DNA of 64,000 nt from Calditrichia bacterium (GCA_963777955.1 CAVZSQ010000022.1:448001-512000); one strand, 5' to 3'; shown: positions 33,648 through 46,150, counted from the first letter of the stretch. Notes: generated by a model from the sequence alone, not told the origin. A program made the numbers and translations.

Positions 33648-34263
33648 TTGCAGATTTTTGCCCAAAGTATCGGTAAATATTTCGGTGAAAAAAGAATCTT
33701 TCAGTATATCAGTTTTGAACTGAATGACGGCGAATCACTGGCGGTCATTGGACCGAATGGCTCCGGTAAAACCACGTTCATCCGTATTCTGTGCGGATTA
33801 ATCCGGCCCAGCGAAGGGATACTGTACTACAGCAATAATGATAAAAAAATCGGCTGGCCGGACCTGTATCACCAGATTGGGCTGGTCGGACCATATCTGG
33901 AGTTGTACGAAGAGTTGACCGCCCGGGAAAATCTTACCTTTTTTGCCAAAATCAGGAATCTGCAGAAATGTGACAAATGGATCGATGAACTGATGTCCCG
34001 TTTCTTATTGCAGGGCAGGGAAGACGATCTGGTCAAGGAATATTCCTCGGGAATGTTACAACGCCTCAAATATGTATTTGCCCTGATGGGCAAACCAAAA
34101 ATATTGTTCCTGGACGAACCCACTTCCAACCTGGACCAGCAGGGGAGTCGACATAGTTTACGAAATCATGCTGCAGCAGAAACGGGATGGGCTGCTGGTC
34201 ATCGCCACCAACGATCCGATGGATTTGAAATATGGGGACTCTCTGATTGAGATTAATGCTTAG
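33648..34263 (+). CDS. ccmA: Heme exporter ATP-binding subunit, frameshifted near 34145
   Basis: GPNGSGKT, YSSGM, LDEPTSNLD; the alternate frame continues ...VIATND... to a stop at 34263. Confidence 0.82.
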
Positions 34264-34916
34264 ATCGTGGTACGTCTTCGAGAAAGATCTGCGGCAGGAG
34301 TTCAAATCCCGCTATTCGCTTAATGCCATATTATTATTTTCCATCGTGACTCTGGTGGCCGTATCATTTTCAATCGGCACTTTTTCCGCTTCCGCTGAAA
34401 TAAAATCCGCTCTGTTGTGGATCATCCTGTTTTTTTCGGCCATGTCGGGTCTGGCCCATGTTTTTGTGCGCGAGGAGGAGAAGCATACAGCCGATACCCT
34501 CAGGCTGGTTACCGATCCGACCAGTATATTTTTGGGGAAATTTTTCTTTAACCTTTTTCTGCTTCTATTCCTGGAATTGATAGTGGTGCCGCTTTTTTTT
34601 ATGTGGATGGATTTTAAAGTCAGTCATACCGGAATTTTTCTGAGTGTGCTGTTGCTGGGCAGTACAGGTTTAGCGGCCGGGGCCACTATTATTGCGGCCA
34701 TCGTGGCCAAAGCCAGCGCCAAAGGGGCTTTATTCACCGTGCTCTCATTTCCGATTTTGCTGCCGGTACTTGATTTCCGGAATAAGCGGAACCAAAATCG
34801 CCGTTACAAGTGATACATTCCAGGCGGCCGGCAGCGAAGTACAGATGCTGTTTGCCTTTTCGGTCGTAATTATCACCGCGGCACTGTTGCTGTTTGATTT
34901 TATCTGGAATGAATGA
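34256..34916 (+). CDS. ccmB: Heme exporter permease, frameshifted near 34770
   Basis: KDLRQEFK, FVREEE, LSFPILLP; continues in ORF 34692-34916. Confidence 0.85.
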
Positions 34917-34960
34917 CAAATAACCTGATTTAATGACTATAAAATTCAACGGCTAAAGAA

Positions 34961-35620
34961 ATGATACTATTTTTTCAAATTACACTGTATATCTGGATGA
35001 CCCTGGTTATCATAGCGGCGTTTTTATGGGCGCCATTAGCCAGCGGCTTAGGTGAATACACCCGAATCTTTTATTTCCACGTGCCGGTAGCCTGGCTGGC
35101 AGTATTGTCATTCCTGATCAGCGCAGTACACAGTTTACGCTATATACGTTCACGGCAGATTAAAGCGGATCTGGTCGCCGAAGCGGCAAACCGCCTGGGA
35201 TTAATCTTTGCCTTTCTGGCTACGGTCAGCGGCTCAATCTGGGCCAAGGTCAGCTGGGGAGCTTTCTGGAACTGGGATCCGCGGGAAACCTCGATCTTCA
35301 TATTGTTATTGATTTATGCTGCCTATTTTGCTTTGCGTTCTGCTATCGATCAACCTGAGCGAAAAGCCATGCTTTCTTCCGTATACTCCATACTGGCTTT
35401 TGTCACCGTTCCGTTTTTTGTGTTTATCATTCCGCGTATTTATTCATCGTTGCATCCGGATCCGCTGATAAATCCGCAGGGTAAGATTCATCTGGAAGTC
35501 CGGATGCTGATTACCTTTATAGCTTCGCTGGCAGGATTTACTGCGTTATATTTCTGGATCCTGGTCAGAAATATAAATTTAATTGAATTGAAACTGAATT
35601 TAAGGAAAACGGAGAAATAG
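34961..35620 (+). CDS. ccmC: Heme exporter / cytochrome c biogenesis protein CcmC
   Basis: IFYFHVP, WWD motif WGAFWNWDPRET, LHP. Confidence 0.92.
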   Translation: MILFFQITLYIWMTLVIIAAFLWAPLASGLGEYTRIFYFHVPVAWLAVLSFLISAVHSLRYIRSRQIKADLVAEAANRLGLIFAFLATVSGSIWAKVSWGAFWNWDPRETSIFILLLIYAAYFALRSAIDQPERKAMLSSVYSILAFVTVPFFVFIIPRIYSSLHPDPLINPQGKIHLEVRMLITFIASLAGFTALYFWILVRNINLIELKLNLRKTEK

Positions 35621-35764
35621 ATGGCGCCGCTTTATATTGTTTTAGTCGTTATTGTATTTATCTGGAGTGGCATATTCGGATATATGCTGCATCTGGATAA
35701 GCAGATCCGTGGTTTGCGCGAAAATCAAAAAAAAATAGCACAGGCAGGAGTAAAATTAAAATAA
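35621..35764 (+). CDS. ccmD: CcmD-family small membrane protein (47 aa, not in the ORF track)
   Basis: MAPLYIVLVVIVFIWSGIFGYMLHLDKQIRGL... located between ccmC and ccmE. Confidence 0.8.
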   Translation: MAPLYIVLVVIVFIWSGIFGYMLHLDKQIRGLRENQKKIAQAGVKLK

Positions 35765-35807
35765 ATCTTGTTTTACCTGCCGGTGATAATATTTGCAGGA
35801 CTTACTT

Positions 35808-36179
35808 ATGAAAGCAAAATATATAATCGGAATACTGGTAATCGTAGTCTTTATTATCTGGACCAGTATCTCTTTTCAGAAAACTTTGACCCCCTATGTT
35901 TCCATCGCCCAGGCCAAAAAAGTGGAAAACGTGGTCCAGGTAAAAGGAAAACGTCTTGACAGCGGTACGTTTAATATCGAACAGAATCAATTCATCTTCA
36001 ACCTGGTTGATGATGCCGGAGAAAAAATTGAAGTTGTCTATAACGGTGCCAAACCGGGTAATTTTGACCAGGCTACAGATGTGGTTTGTGTCGGTCAGTA
36101 CCTCAACGGCCGGTTCCAGGCCAAAGAATTACTGGTCAAATGTCCTTCCAAGTATATAGAGCAGGAAAATAAAACCTGA
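35808..36179 (+). CDS. ccmE: Heme chaperone CcmE, CxxxY type
   Basis: N-terminal TM, Y.G.KP.NF, KCPSKY. Confidence 0.9.
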   Translation: MKAKYIIGILVIVVFIIWTSISFQKTLTPYVSIAQAKKVENVVQVKGKRLDSGTFNIEQNQFIFNLVDDAGEKIEVVYNGAKPGNFDQATDVVCVGQYLNGRFQAKELLVKCPSKYIEQENKT

Positions 36180-36182
36180 TTT

Positions 36183-36548
36183 TTATTTCGGTTTTTGTTG
36201 GGCTTCAGTGGCAGGTTGAGTCATTCTTGTCGTTCTTAATTTATCAATCCGATCCCGGGTTTTAGCCAGCAGGTCAATCCACTTTTCCGGTTGGGAGTTA
36301 TAATACTCGATAGTTTGATCGATAGCGGTTTTGGTCACCTTAAATTGCTGCAGTAATTCCTGGCGCAGTTTTTCCTTGTGTTCAGGGGTTAATTCCATTT
36401 CATCGATTATCAGCAATCGCGCGAATATTTCAATAAATTGTTTTTGGCCGATTATCCGCGGGTGCTCCGATTTGCAGGATTGGGCAGACCAGCTGAAAAA
36501 AAATAAAAACAGTAATAAAACGGGGAACGATTTTGCTTTTAATTTCAT
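36183..36548 (-). CDS. Hypothetical lipoprotein (DUF4296-like)
   Basis: Signal peptide with QSC; 'TIEYYNSQPEKW' pattern. Confidence 0.6.
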   Translation of the reverse strand: MKLKAKSFPVLLLFLFFFSWSAQSCKSEHPRIIGQKQFIEIFARLLIIDEMELTPEHKEKLRQELLQQFKVTKTAIDQTIEYYNSQPEKWIDLLAKTRDRIDKLRTTRMTQPATEAQQKPK

Positions 36549-36707
36549 AAAATATATTAAATAGATTTACTGAAAAAAACGTTATTATATATGTAACTTG
36601 GTACTAAAAATTGCTGTAAGTTAATTATTGATCAGGAAAATAGAAAGATAAAATTATTCATTACCGGATTGAACAACGGGTAAATCAAATTTTTATCGAG
36701 GAATGAC

Positions 36708-39700
36708 ATGAAAGTAAATATATTTTGTTCAGCTGTGCTGTCAACCGTGTTGATGGTTTCCATAGCCGCTGCTCAATATTTTGGCCAGAACAAAGTACAA
36801 TACACCGAATTTGATTGGCGCTATCTGCAGTCAGAACATTTTGATGTCTATTTTTATGAAGGGGGTTATGATCTGGCCCGCTTTACCGCCGAGGAGGCTG
36901 AATCAGCCTATGTCAAAATTAAGAATGATTTGAAATATGATATTATGGATCGTATTGCCCTCGTTGTTTACAAGTCGCATAATCATTTTCAGCAGACTAA
37001 TGTCGTTTATGAGTACATGGAAGAGGGCATCGGCGGGGTCACCGAATTATATAAAAACCGGGCTGTAATTCCTTATGAAGGATCATATAGCCAGTTCCGT
37101 CATGTGATCCATCATGAACTGGTTCATGCCGTGATGAACGATATGCTTTACGGCGGATCGGTACAATCGCTGGTAACCGGCCAGGTTACGCAGGTGCCGT
37201 TATGGTTCTCCGAGGGCTTAGCCGAATATGCTGCGCTGCATTGGGACACCCGCCTGGATATGGTGGTGCGGGATGCTACATTGACCGGTTACTTGCCACC
37301 GATCGATTTTTTGGATTATATGCCTTATCAGGGCGGCGCCAGTGTTTTCAGGTACATCGCCCAGAAGTATGGTCATGAAAAAATCGCTGAAATTATCAAT
37401 AAAGTCAAGGGCAGTTTCCGTTTCCAAAATGCTTTTCAGTCGGCCCTGGGCATTGATTTTAAAGACCTGACCGAGCAGTGGCAATTGGAGATGAAACGGG
37501 AATACTGGCCGGATATTGCCGATCGTAAAGAGCCGGGAGAAATAGCCCGGGCTTTGACCGATCATCGCAAGGAAAAGAGTTATCTGAATAACAGTCCGGC
37601 AATCTCGCCGCAGGGTGATCGCATGGTTTTTCTCTCCAACCGCAATGGTAAAATGTCTATCTACCTGATGGATGTGCTGGAAGGAAAAGTCAGCAGAAAA
37701 TTAATCCAGGGTGAAACCGATGTAGATTTTGAAGAATTGCATTTTTTAGAACCGGGATTCAGCTGGTCTCCGGATGGCCGCAAAATAACCCTGGCAGCCA
37801 AAGCAGGTGATGCCGATGCGCTGTATATATATCATCTGGACAGTAAAAAATATGAACAATATAAATTCGGCCTGGATGGGATTTTTTCGACATCCTGGTC
37901 TCCCCGCGGCGACGAAATCGCCTTCATCGGGGTTAAGGATGGGGCCAGTGATGTGTATTTGTTTTCCCTGGTTACCAAAAAAATAACCAATGTGACCGAT
38001 GATGTTTTTTCTGACGGGGATCCCTCCTGGTCGCCTGATGGCCAGCAGATTGTTTTTACTTCGGATCGCGGTGAGTATCCACTGGGAAAATTTTCACCGG
38101 CAGCGTTTGACATTCATCGACATGATTATGAAAATAATGATATATACATCATGAATCGCGATGGCTCCGGTTTGAAGCGTATTACCAGTGCCGTCACGAT
38201 GGATGGCGGGGCAATTTTTGCTCCAGATGGCAAGCGCTTAGCTTACGTATCCGAGCAGAATGGAATTTCCAATATTTATCTGTATAATCTGGAAACCGGT
38301 GAAAGTTATCCGGTCACCAATCTGATCAGCGGAGCTTTTCAATTGTCCTGGGACCGGCAGGCCCAAAAGTTGGTTTTCACTTCTTTCTATAAAGGGGGCT
38401 GGGATATTTTCCTGATTAAAAATCCGCTGGAATTGACATCAGTTAATGTCTCGCCGACCATATTTTTTAAACGGCAAAGTCAGCCAGGCGGGAGTGACAC
38501 CTTGCTGGTCAGCGAGAGCCGCAGGGATACTTCCGAAGTAATTAACAAGGCGGATGAAGCGCCCGCGGTGCTGGATTACAGCAGGTATGTTTTTGCCGAT
38601 ATGGACCGCAGGGCGCCGGTTGAGCATAACAGGGTTACTTTGCAGGAGGATGAATATAAATCGCAGGATGGTGAATACAAGGTTAACAAATATAAAATCA
38701 AATTTACCCCGGACATTATTTATGGAGCCGCGGGGTACAGCACCTTTTTCGGATTCGAGGGTTATACTCAAATTGCTTTAAGTGATATGCTGGGCAATCA
38801 TAAAATATATATTGGAACCAATCTGGTTTTTGATCTGCGTAATTCCAGTCTGAGTTTAACCTATTTATATTTACCGCACCGTATTGATTATGGCATCGGG
38901 ATCTTTCATATCTCCAATCTGTTCAGTTCATATTATTATGGTTTAATGCGTTTCCGGAATTATGGTTTTGATTTTCTGGTCTCACGGCCGTTCAATAAAT
39001 TTACCCGCATCGATTTTGATCTGGCCTGGTTTAATGTAATCAGGGAATATTATCAATTGCCTGTACCGATGGAGGAGGTGCATACCATTTTACCTTCGCT
39101 GTCGCTGGTGACCGATAAGGTTGAATGGGGTATGACCGGGCCGGAAAACGGGGTACGCTATTCATTAACCGGGCGTATCAGCCCTAAATATCTTAAGAAA
39201 GGGATGGATTTCCGCACAGTCACTGCCGATTACCGGCGTTATTTCAGGCTAGCCAGGAATTACAGTCTGGCCTTCCGTCTGAACGGCGGGGTCAGTGCCG
39301 GCAGCAATCCCCAGCAATTTTTCCTGGGGGGAGTTTCCAACTGGATAAATTATACTTACCGGGGTGGAATCCGTGTGGATAATATCGGGGATATTTATTT
39401 TTCGGAATTTGTTGTACCGTTGCGCGGGGCGGCTTATTACGAGCAGGTTGGCAATAAATTCGGTCTGTTTAATTTTGAATTCCGTTTTCCGCTGATACCG
39501 TTTATTCAACTCGGTTTTCCGCCTATAGCGCTGGGGGACATACAGGGGGTATTTTTTACAGATATAGGCAGTGCCTGGTTTGATACGGGTCGTTGGCAGG
39601 GAGTCCGGGTCACGGATGGCGGGGCGGCCCGTTTACACGATTTGACCGCGGGCATCGGGTACGGCACCCGGATATTCTTTCTTGGTTTCTTATTGAGATT

Positions 39701-39776
39701 AGATATAGCCTGGCAGTACGACGGTGTGCACACCAGTACGCCGTTATATTACTGGTCGCTGGGAGCAGATTTTTAG
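36708..39776 (+). CDS. Outer-membrane protein: zincin-like domain, PD40/TolB propeller and Omp85-like barrel
   Basis: YFGQNKVQY, HELVH...WFSEGLAEY, repeated WSPDG, PLRG motif, C-terminal SLGADF. Confidence 0.85.
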   Translation: MKVNIFCSAVLSTVLMVSIAAAQYFGQNKVQYTEFDWRYLQSEHFDVYFYEGGYDLARFTAEEAESAYVKIKNDLKYDIMDRIALVVYKSHNHFQQTNVVYEYMEEGIGGVTELYKNRAVIPYEGSYSQFRHVIHHELVHAVMNDMLYGGSVQSLVTGQVTQVPLWFSEGLAEYAALHWDTRLDMVVRDATLTGYLPPIDFLDYMPYQGGASVFRYIAQKYGHEKIAEIINKVKGSFRFQNAFQSALGIDFKDLTEQWQLEMKREYWPDIADRKEPGEIARALTDHRKEKSYLNNSPAISPQGDRMVFLSNRNGKMSIYLMDVLEGKVSRKLIQGETDVDFEELHFLEPGFSWSPDGRKITLAAKAGDADALYIYHLDSKKYEQYKFGLDGIFSTSWSPRGDEIAFIGVKDGASDVYLFSLVTKKITNVTDDVFSDGDPSWSPDGQQIVFTSDRGEYPLGKFSPAAFDIHRHDYENNDIYIMNRDGSGLKRITSAVTMDGGAIFAPDGKRLAYVSEQNGISNIYLYNLETGESYPVTNLISGAFQLSWDRQAQKLVFTSFYKGGWDIFLIKNPLELTSVNVSPTIFFKRQSQPGGSDTLLVSESRRDTSEVINKADEAPAVLDYSRYVFADMDRRAPVEHNRVTLQEDEYKSQDGEYKVNKYKIKFTPDIIYGAAGYSTFFGFEGYTQIALSDMLGNHKIYIGTNLVFDLRNSSLSLTYLYLPHRIDYGIGIFHISNLFSSYYYGLMRFRNYGFDFLVSRPFNKFTRIDFDLAWFNVIREYYQLPVPMEEVHTILPSLSLVTDKVEWGMTGPENGVRYSLTGRISPKYLKKGMDFRTVTADYRRYFRLARNYSLAFRLNGGVSAGSNPQQFFLGGVSNWINYTYRGGIRVDNIGDIYFSEFVVPLRGAAYYEQVGNKFGLFNFEFRFPLIPFIQLGFPPIALGDIQGVFFTDIGSAWFDTGRWQGVRVTDGGAARLHDLTAGIGYGTRIFFLGFLLRLDIAWQYDGVHTSTPLYYWSLGADF

Positions 39777-39808
39777 TCAATTATTTGCCATAATTGTCGA
39801 TCAATATA

Positions 39809-39837
39809 TTGACACGATTATGATTTGTTTCTAAATT
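39809..39837 (+). promoter_or_regulatory. Sigma-70 promoter of 16S copy 1
   Basis: TTGACA-N17-TAAATT; boxA-like TGTTCTTTGAC at 39903. Confidence 0.7.
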
Positions 39838-39958
39838 ATCGGGCTATTTTTAGATAACTCTGCAGTTTGCAATTTCAGACAGATTTTACAAAAAAATAGA
39901 TTTGTTCTTTGACAGCAGGGGCCCTTGAGCGAGGTCGATTAGTAAGTATTGAGATAAT

Positions 39959-41526
<1,568 letters not shown>

Positions 41527-41573
41527 ACTACATTCATACCTTGTTCAGTACCCCTGCTGTTTTTTATTCTGTA

Positions 41574-41645
41574 CCTTTTTCCTTTAACCTTTGGCCTTTA
41601 ATTACATAGGCCAAAGGCTAAAGGATAAAGGGTAAGAGGTAAAGG
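41574..41645. repeat. Inverted ~7-mer tandem arrays in the ITS (nnCCTTT / AAAGGnn)
   Basis: ACCTTTTTCCTTTAACCTTTGGCCTTT followed by GGCCAAAGGCTAAAGGATAAAGGGTAAGAGGTAAAGG. Confidence 0.75.
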
Positions 41646-41719
<74 letters not shown>

Positions 41720-41735
41720 CCCGGAGTTTTGTCAC

Positions 41736-41808
41736 GGGGCTATAGCTCAACTGGGAGAGCGCCTGCCTTGCACGCAGGAGGTTTGCGGTTCGAGCCCGCA
41801 TAACTCCA
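41736..41808 (+). tRNA. tRNA-Ala(TGC)
   Basis: GGGGCTA...TTGCAC...GGTTCGAGCCC...TAACTCCA; G3:U70 present; C5-A68 mismatch. Confidence 0.93.
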
Positions 41809-41858
41809 CAATTACACCTCTTTTAATCTAAGTGTGGCCATACCGGCCAACCATCATG

Positions 41859-41931
41859 GTCATTCCGAATCCCGTTCGATAGACCTGCCGCCAGGCAGGC
41901 GGCGGCACCTACCGGACGAGGTGAGGAATCT
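41859..41931. repeat. REP/MITE-like element (GTCATTCCGAATCCCG...GAGGAATCT) with nested hairpin
   Basis: Shares termini with the element at 46151-46276. Confidence 0.7.
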
Positions 41932-42037
41932 TTCCTCTGATTAAAATATAACCTGCTCTATTTTACGTACCGGCTAAATATCCGGCCCGATCAGTGGATG
42001 AGATAATTGCGATTGCGGATCAGTGACCCTCCCCAGT

Positions 42038-42073
42038 CCCCTCCCTTTTGGTCTGTTGACCAAAAGGGAGGGG
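42038..42073. repeat. REP-like hairpin of the CCCCTCCC...GGGAGGGG family
   Basis: 16-bp perfect stem; same arms and GGGGTGGGT tail as 28653-28693. Confidence 0.75.
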
Positions 42074-42083
42074 CAGGGGTGGG

Positions 42084-43665
42084 TTATTCCATCTTAAACC
42101 AATCAAACTCCGCATACCCTGGCTAATAGTCATATTCGGATTAATGCAGAACAAACCCACCTTGGCCCCGATCCACATACCCTTTTGGGCTTTAAAATAA
42201 TTTCCGAGTTGTTTAAATGATCTACCATCAATACTGTAATGGAAACCGACAGACCGCAGCATTATCCACTTTCACCTGCAGATAACAGAATGTTGCTGAG
42301 AAGGAAATCGCTTCGATCTCCTGCGTTTTATCATACTCCCGGTCATAGGTACCTGTGTACATGCCCAGTTTAAGACCATCATCCGTTTTAGTCATAGCAA
42401 TGAAAGCCCATTCCTGCCCCATGACCACCAACCCGCTCCTCTCACCAACTTGCTGCAGATGAAATGAGATTTTTGTGGTCGCAGTAAAAGACGGCGCAGG
42501 AAACTTTTGCAGCAACAGATTGGGTACAAACCATAAGTTGCCACTCTGCGTGAGATTTTGCACTGCATACAATCTCAACTGGCCTGGATGTTCCGTCACT
42601 GAATACCATTCCCCTCGTGAGTTTGCGTGCCATTGCCACTGCAGTCCCGGTTGACTGGAATTGAAATCATCCGAGGTCTGCGGAATACAGACCGGATAAA
42701 TTTTTCCGACATCAGGTTTTTGCCATTCCGCCACAGGCTCGCCAACACTGTCGGCAGAACTAATCCTACCCATATATGGCCAGCCGTTCTGCCAGGTTAC
42801 CGGCTGCAAATGAACAACACGTCCGTAAGCGTCACGGTCCTGGAAATGCATAAACCACCACTCGCCGGATTTCAATGATACAAGTCCACCCTGATGCGGG
42901 ACCGTTGACGTTGGTGCTGCCCTGATGCAGCACTATTTTCGCTTCATAAGGTCCATAAATATTTTTCGAACGCAGAACGGTCTGCCAGCCGCCGCTGACA
43001 CCCCCGGCCGGGGCTAGGATGTAGTAGTATCCGTCCTTCTTCATAAATTTTGGACCTTCGATGGTCGGCTGGGCCAAGGTGTCCTGGAAAATAATTGTTC
43101 CATTTTCCAGCAATTTTTTACCGTCTGGACTCATGCGGTGCAGATACAGAATGTCGGCCCGCAATTTACCCCGTACCAGATAGGCCTGACCATCGTCATC
43201 CCAGAACGGGCAGGGATCCTCCCATAATTCGACCTCGACAATATGATGCAATTCCCACGGACCGGTGGGATCCTTAGCCTGAGCCAAGAACAGACCATCG
43301 TGCGGGGTACAAAAATAGACGTAAAATATTCCATGATGATAGCGAATCGACGGAGCCCAGGATCCCTGACCATGCGCTGGTTTATCATATTTTTCCAGGG
43401 GCAGTTGCGGATAAACATGCCCGATGATCCGCCAGTTGACCAGATCCTTCGAATGCAAAACGGGAATCCCGGGCATACAGTTAAAACTCGACGCAACCAT
43501 ATAGAAATCGTCGTCCACCCGTATCACATCGGGATCGGAATAGTCGGCAAAAAGGACAGGATTCTTATATCGACCGTTGCCGAGGTCCGGCTGCCAGATC
43601 TGGGCAGCTGTGAGAGAAAAGCAAGCGAGTATAATAAACAGTACAGGAATTTTTCGTTTCTTCAT
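42084..43665 (-). CDS. GH43 beta-xylosidase/arabinofuranosidase-like glycoside hydrolase with three frameshifts
   Basis: DYSDPDVIRV, WAPSIRYH, EDPCPFWDD, IEGPK; C-terminal WIGAKVGLF and YAEFDWF in shifted frames. Confidence 0.85.
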
Positions 43666-43683
43666 GATGTGCCCTGCATTTTT

Positions 43684-45951
43684 TTAGTATCTGATTTCCA
43701 AATTCAGCGGTGTATTTTTTGCAACCTTGATTATGACGATTTTATTTTTTTTGTCATAGCCAAATGATTGCGATCCGCCGTTCATGTTGATCTCAGCGGG
43801 CCTGGCCTCGCTTCTGATAGCAAGGGCGACCATGCCGGCCAGGGCAGGAGCAGTAAAGGTAATTTTACCGGAGGCGCAGGACAAAAGCATGAATTTTTGC
43901 TGATCGCCGTCCAGGTGGTCGATGTAATCAAATGTTGCCCGATCCCCGTCACGGCCGGGAAAAATATGAACGGTTACTGCGCCCAGGTTTCTGTTCACCC
44001 TCCGCCACAATTTGGCATTGCCCTGATAGATGTCGCCGCTGACATATATGGAATTTTCTTTCACGAAAACCGGTATATTTTCCGGATTTGTCTTGACCTC
44101 AATAAACAGCGGACCGTTATATTCGGCGTTTAAATTATTAAAGTCATACCAGGTGCTTTGGGGCAGGTAAACTTGCCGGTTGTTGTCCGCGTTGAACAGA
44201 GGTGCAACCAGAAACGCATCACCGTAAATATATTCATCCCAGATGTTATAAGTATTACTGTCTCCGGGAAAAACATAAGCCAGCGGCTTCATCAGCACGC
44301 CGTTTTTATACGAGGTATTGGCCAGGGAATAGATATAGGGCAGCAGATCCATTCTTAAGTTGCAGGCATCTCTGAATACTTTCTGCAATTGTGTGGAATA
44401 CTTCCAGGGCGGACGGTCTTCGCCGCTGCCGCCCGAGCCGTCGATTTTAACCTCGAACATGCCGTTCCAGGCACCCCACTGCAGCCAGCGGGCATAAAGT
44501 GTCTCGTCGATGCAGCCGGGTCCCAGGTAACCGCCGGTATCCTGGCCCCAGACCGGAAAGCCCATGAAAGCGCAGCGCATGGCATTGGACTGGCTGCCGG
44601 CCATACCTGTCCAGTTGGAACGGCTGTCCCCTCCCCAGACCGCGCTTAAATAGGGCTGGCAGCGGTGGTACGCTGCCCGGGCGAAATTGAAATGATCCAG
44701 GCCGTGCGCACGGAACAGGAAGTCGTGAATAACTCTTGAATAAAGGTAGACATATTTATTCCTGGCGGCGGTTTCGGCTACCGGTACGTGCCAGGGGGAG
44801 GTCAGCGGAAAGTTCTCATCGGCCCGGTCCATCTTATGTCCCTTAACCCCGACAGAGTATTGATTGGTTTGCAGCCGTTTTTCAAATTCCTGCAAAGCGT
44901 CCGGATTGGTTAGATCCATATATCCCCTGCTGTCGGCGCTCAACAAACCCGCAAAATCCTTATCCGAAAAAGTCATAGGACCCACCCAGGTCATGAACTG
45001 CATGTTGTAATCATTGTTGATCTTTTTGATCCATTGATCCGCTGCGGAAAATTTTTCATTGAAATCCATTTTCGACCATTCGTTGGCGCCGTTACTGTAG
45101 GGACGGTCCACCCAGCAGGCGGTCAGCGGAATTTTCAAATCAGTGAAGCGGCGGATATCGTCGAGCAGTTCATCCTTGCCGCCGTTATTAAAATCCCGCC
45201 AGAATATAGGACCGCAGGCCCAAATGGGTACCGCTTTTGGTTTACCGATAACCTTAAAATAGGCCCGGTGAATTTCAGTCCCATTTTGTCCATAGAACAG
45301 GTACCAGTCCAACGTAGTGGTCTGATGATAGATTTCGGTTATAGCGTTGACGGCAAATTGATAACGACCCTTGGCGAAGGTGTCGAAGAAACTACCGTAC
45401 CCGGCACTGCTCATGAAGAAAGCCGAGTAGGCCGAAGCGTAATTTTCGGCATAATCGAGATTGCCCAGGCCGTAGACATCCAGATCGACCGTTGTACCGC
45501 GCAGGTCGGGATTCTTTGCATTGTGCGGATATAATTTTTCAATCAGTCCAAAGTAATGTTCGTTTTGATCCTTTAGTTGTATAGTAATATGGTTAAAGGT
45601 TTTATGTCCGGCGGAGAAGTGTACTGTATTTTCAGCGGCGGTTATTTTTAATAGAACGGCGGTTGGAAAATCGTCATGAAAACCGTCGCCTGTAGAAAAC
45701 ATTAATTTCAGGATCAGGGTATCCGTTTTAACCTGTTCAACAAGGATGGTATCGGCAGAAATGAAGTTAAAAGTGATATTGAGTATTTCTGTAATTTTTT
45801 CATCGTTCTGAAATAGTTCCAGCCGGTTATCGTGCAGAGATATTTTCAGCGGACTTTTTTCCCATACAGGTTGCCCTGCCATTGATATCGCGGGCTGGAT
45901 GGCAAGTGCTGATAAAAAAATTAATAATTTTAATTTTGACAGCATTAACAT
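43684..45951 (-). CDS. GH31-family glycoside hydrolase
   Basis: KMDRADE nucleophile region, VWGGD acid/base, WGQDTGGY, LLPYIYS, VYLP...WYD. Confidence 0.82.
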   Translation of the reverse strand: MLMLSKLKLLIFLSALAIQPAISMAGQPVWEKSPLKISLHDNRLELFQNDEKITEILNITFNFISADTILVEQVKTDTLILKLMFSTGDGFHDDFPTAVLLKITAAENTVHFSAGHKTFNHITIQLKDQNEHYFGLIEKLYPHNAKNPDLRGTTVDLDVYGLGNLDYAENYASAYSAFFMSSAGYGSFFDTFAKGRYQFAVNAITEIYHQTTTLDWYLFYGQNGTEIHRAYFKVIGKPKAVPIWACGPIFWRDFNNGGKDELLDDIRRFTDLKIPLTACWVDRPYSNGANEWSKMDFNEKFSAADQWIKKINNDYNMQFMTWVGPMTFSDKDFAGLLSADSRGYMDLTNPDALQEFEKRLQTNQYSVGVKGHKMDRADENFPLTSPWHVPVAETAARNKYVYLYSRVIHDFLFRAHGLDHFNFARAAYHRCQPYLSAVWGGDSRSNWTGMAGSQSNAMRCAFMGFPVWGQDTGGYLGPGCIDETLYARWLQWGAWNGMFEVKIDGSGGSGEDRPPWKYSTQLQKVFRDACNLRMDLLPYIYSLANTSYKNGVLMKPLAYVFPGDSNTYNIWDEYIYGDAFLVAPLFNADNNRQVYLPQSTWYDFNNLNAEYNGPLFIEVKTNPENIPVFVKENSIYVSGDIYQGNAKLWRRVNRNLGAVTVHIFPGRDGDRATFDYIDHLDGDQQKFMLLSCASGKITFTAPALAGMVALAIRSEARPAEINMNGGSQSFGYDKKNKIVIIKVAKNTPLNLEIRY

Positions 45952-46150
45952 CCTCCGTTTTATTTACTTAAAAAAGACCGAAAGTTTGCGTCGCCGAACT
46001 ACTTATAACATGATTGGTAATTCATGCCAGTCGGTCCGCCCGGCGTTTATCAAAAATAAGTTAGATCCCGCTTGAATAAGAATGCTTTGCATATGCACCT
46101 GTTTTTGCCTGCGGCATTTACCTGGGGATTGTCTTAAAAGTAATGAATTA

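Noticed and set aside
36599..36615. Sigma-54 promoter upstream of the Omp85 gene
   Set aside because: GG-to-GC spacing is 11, not 10
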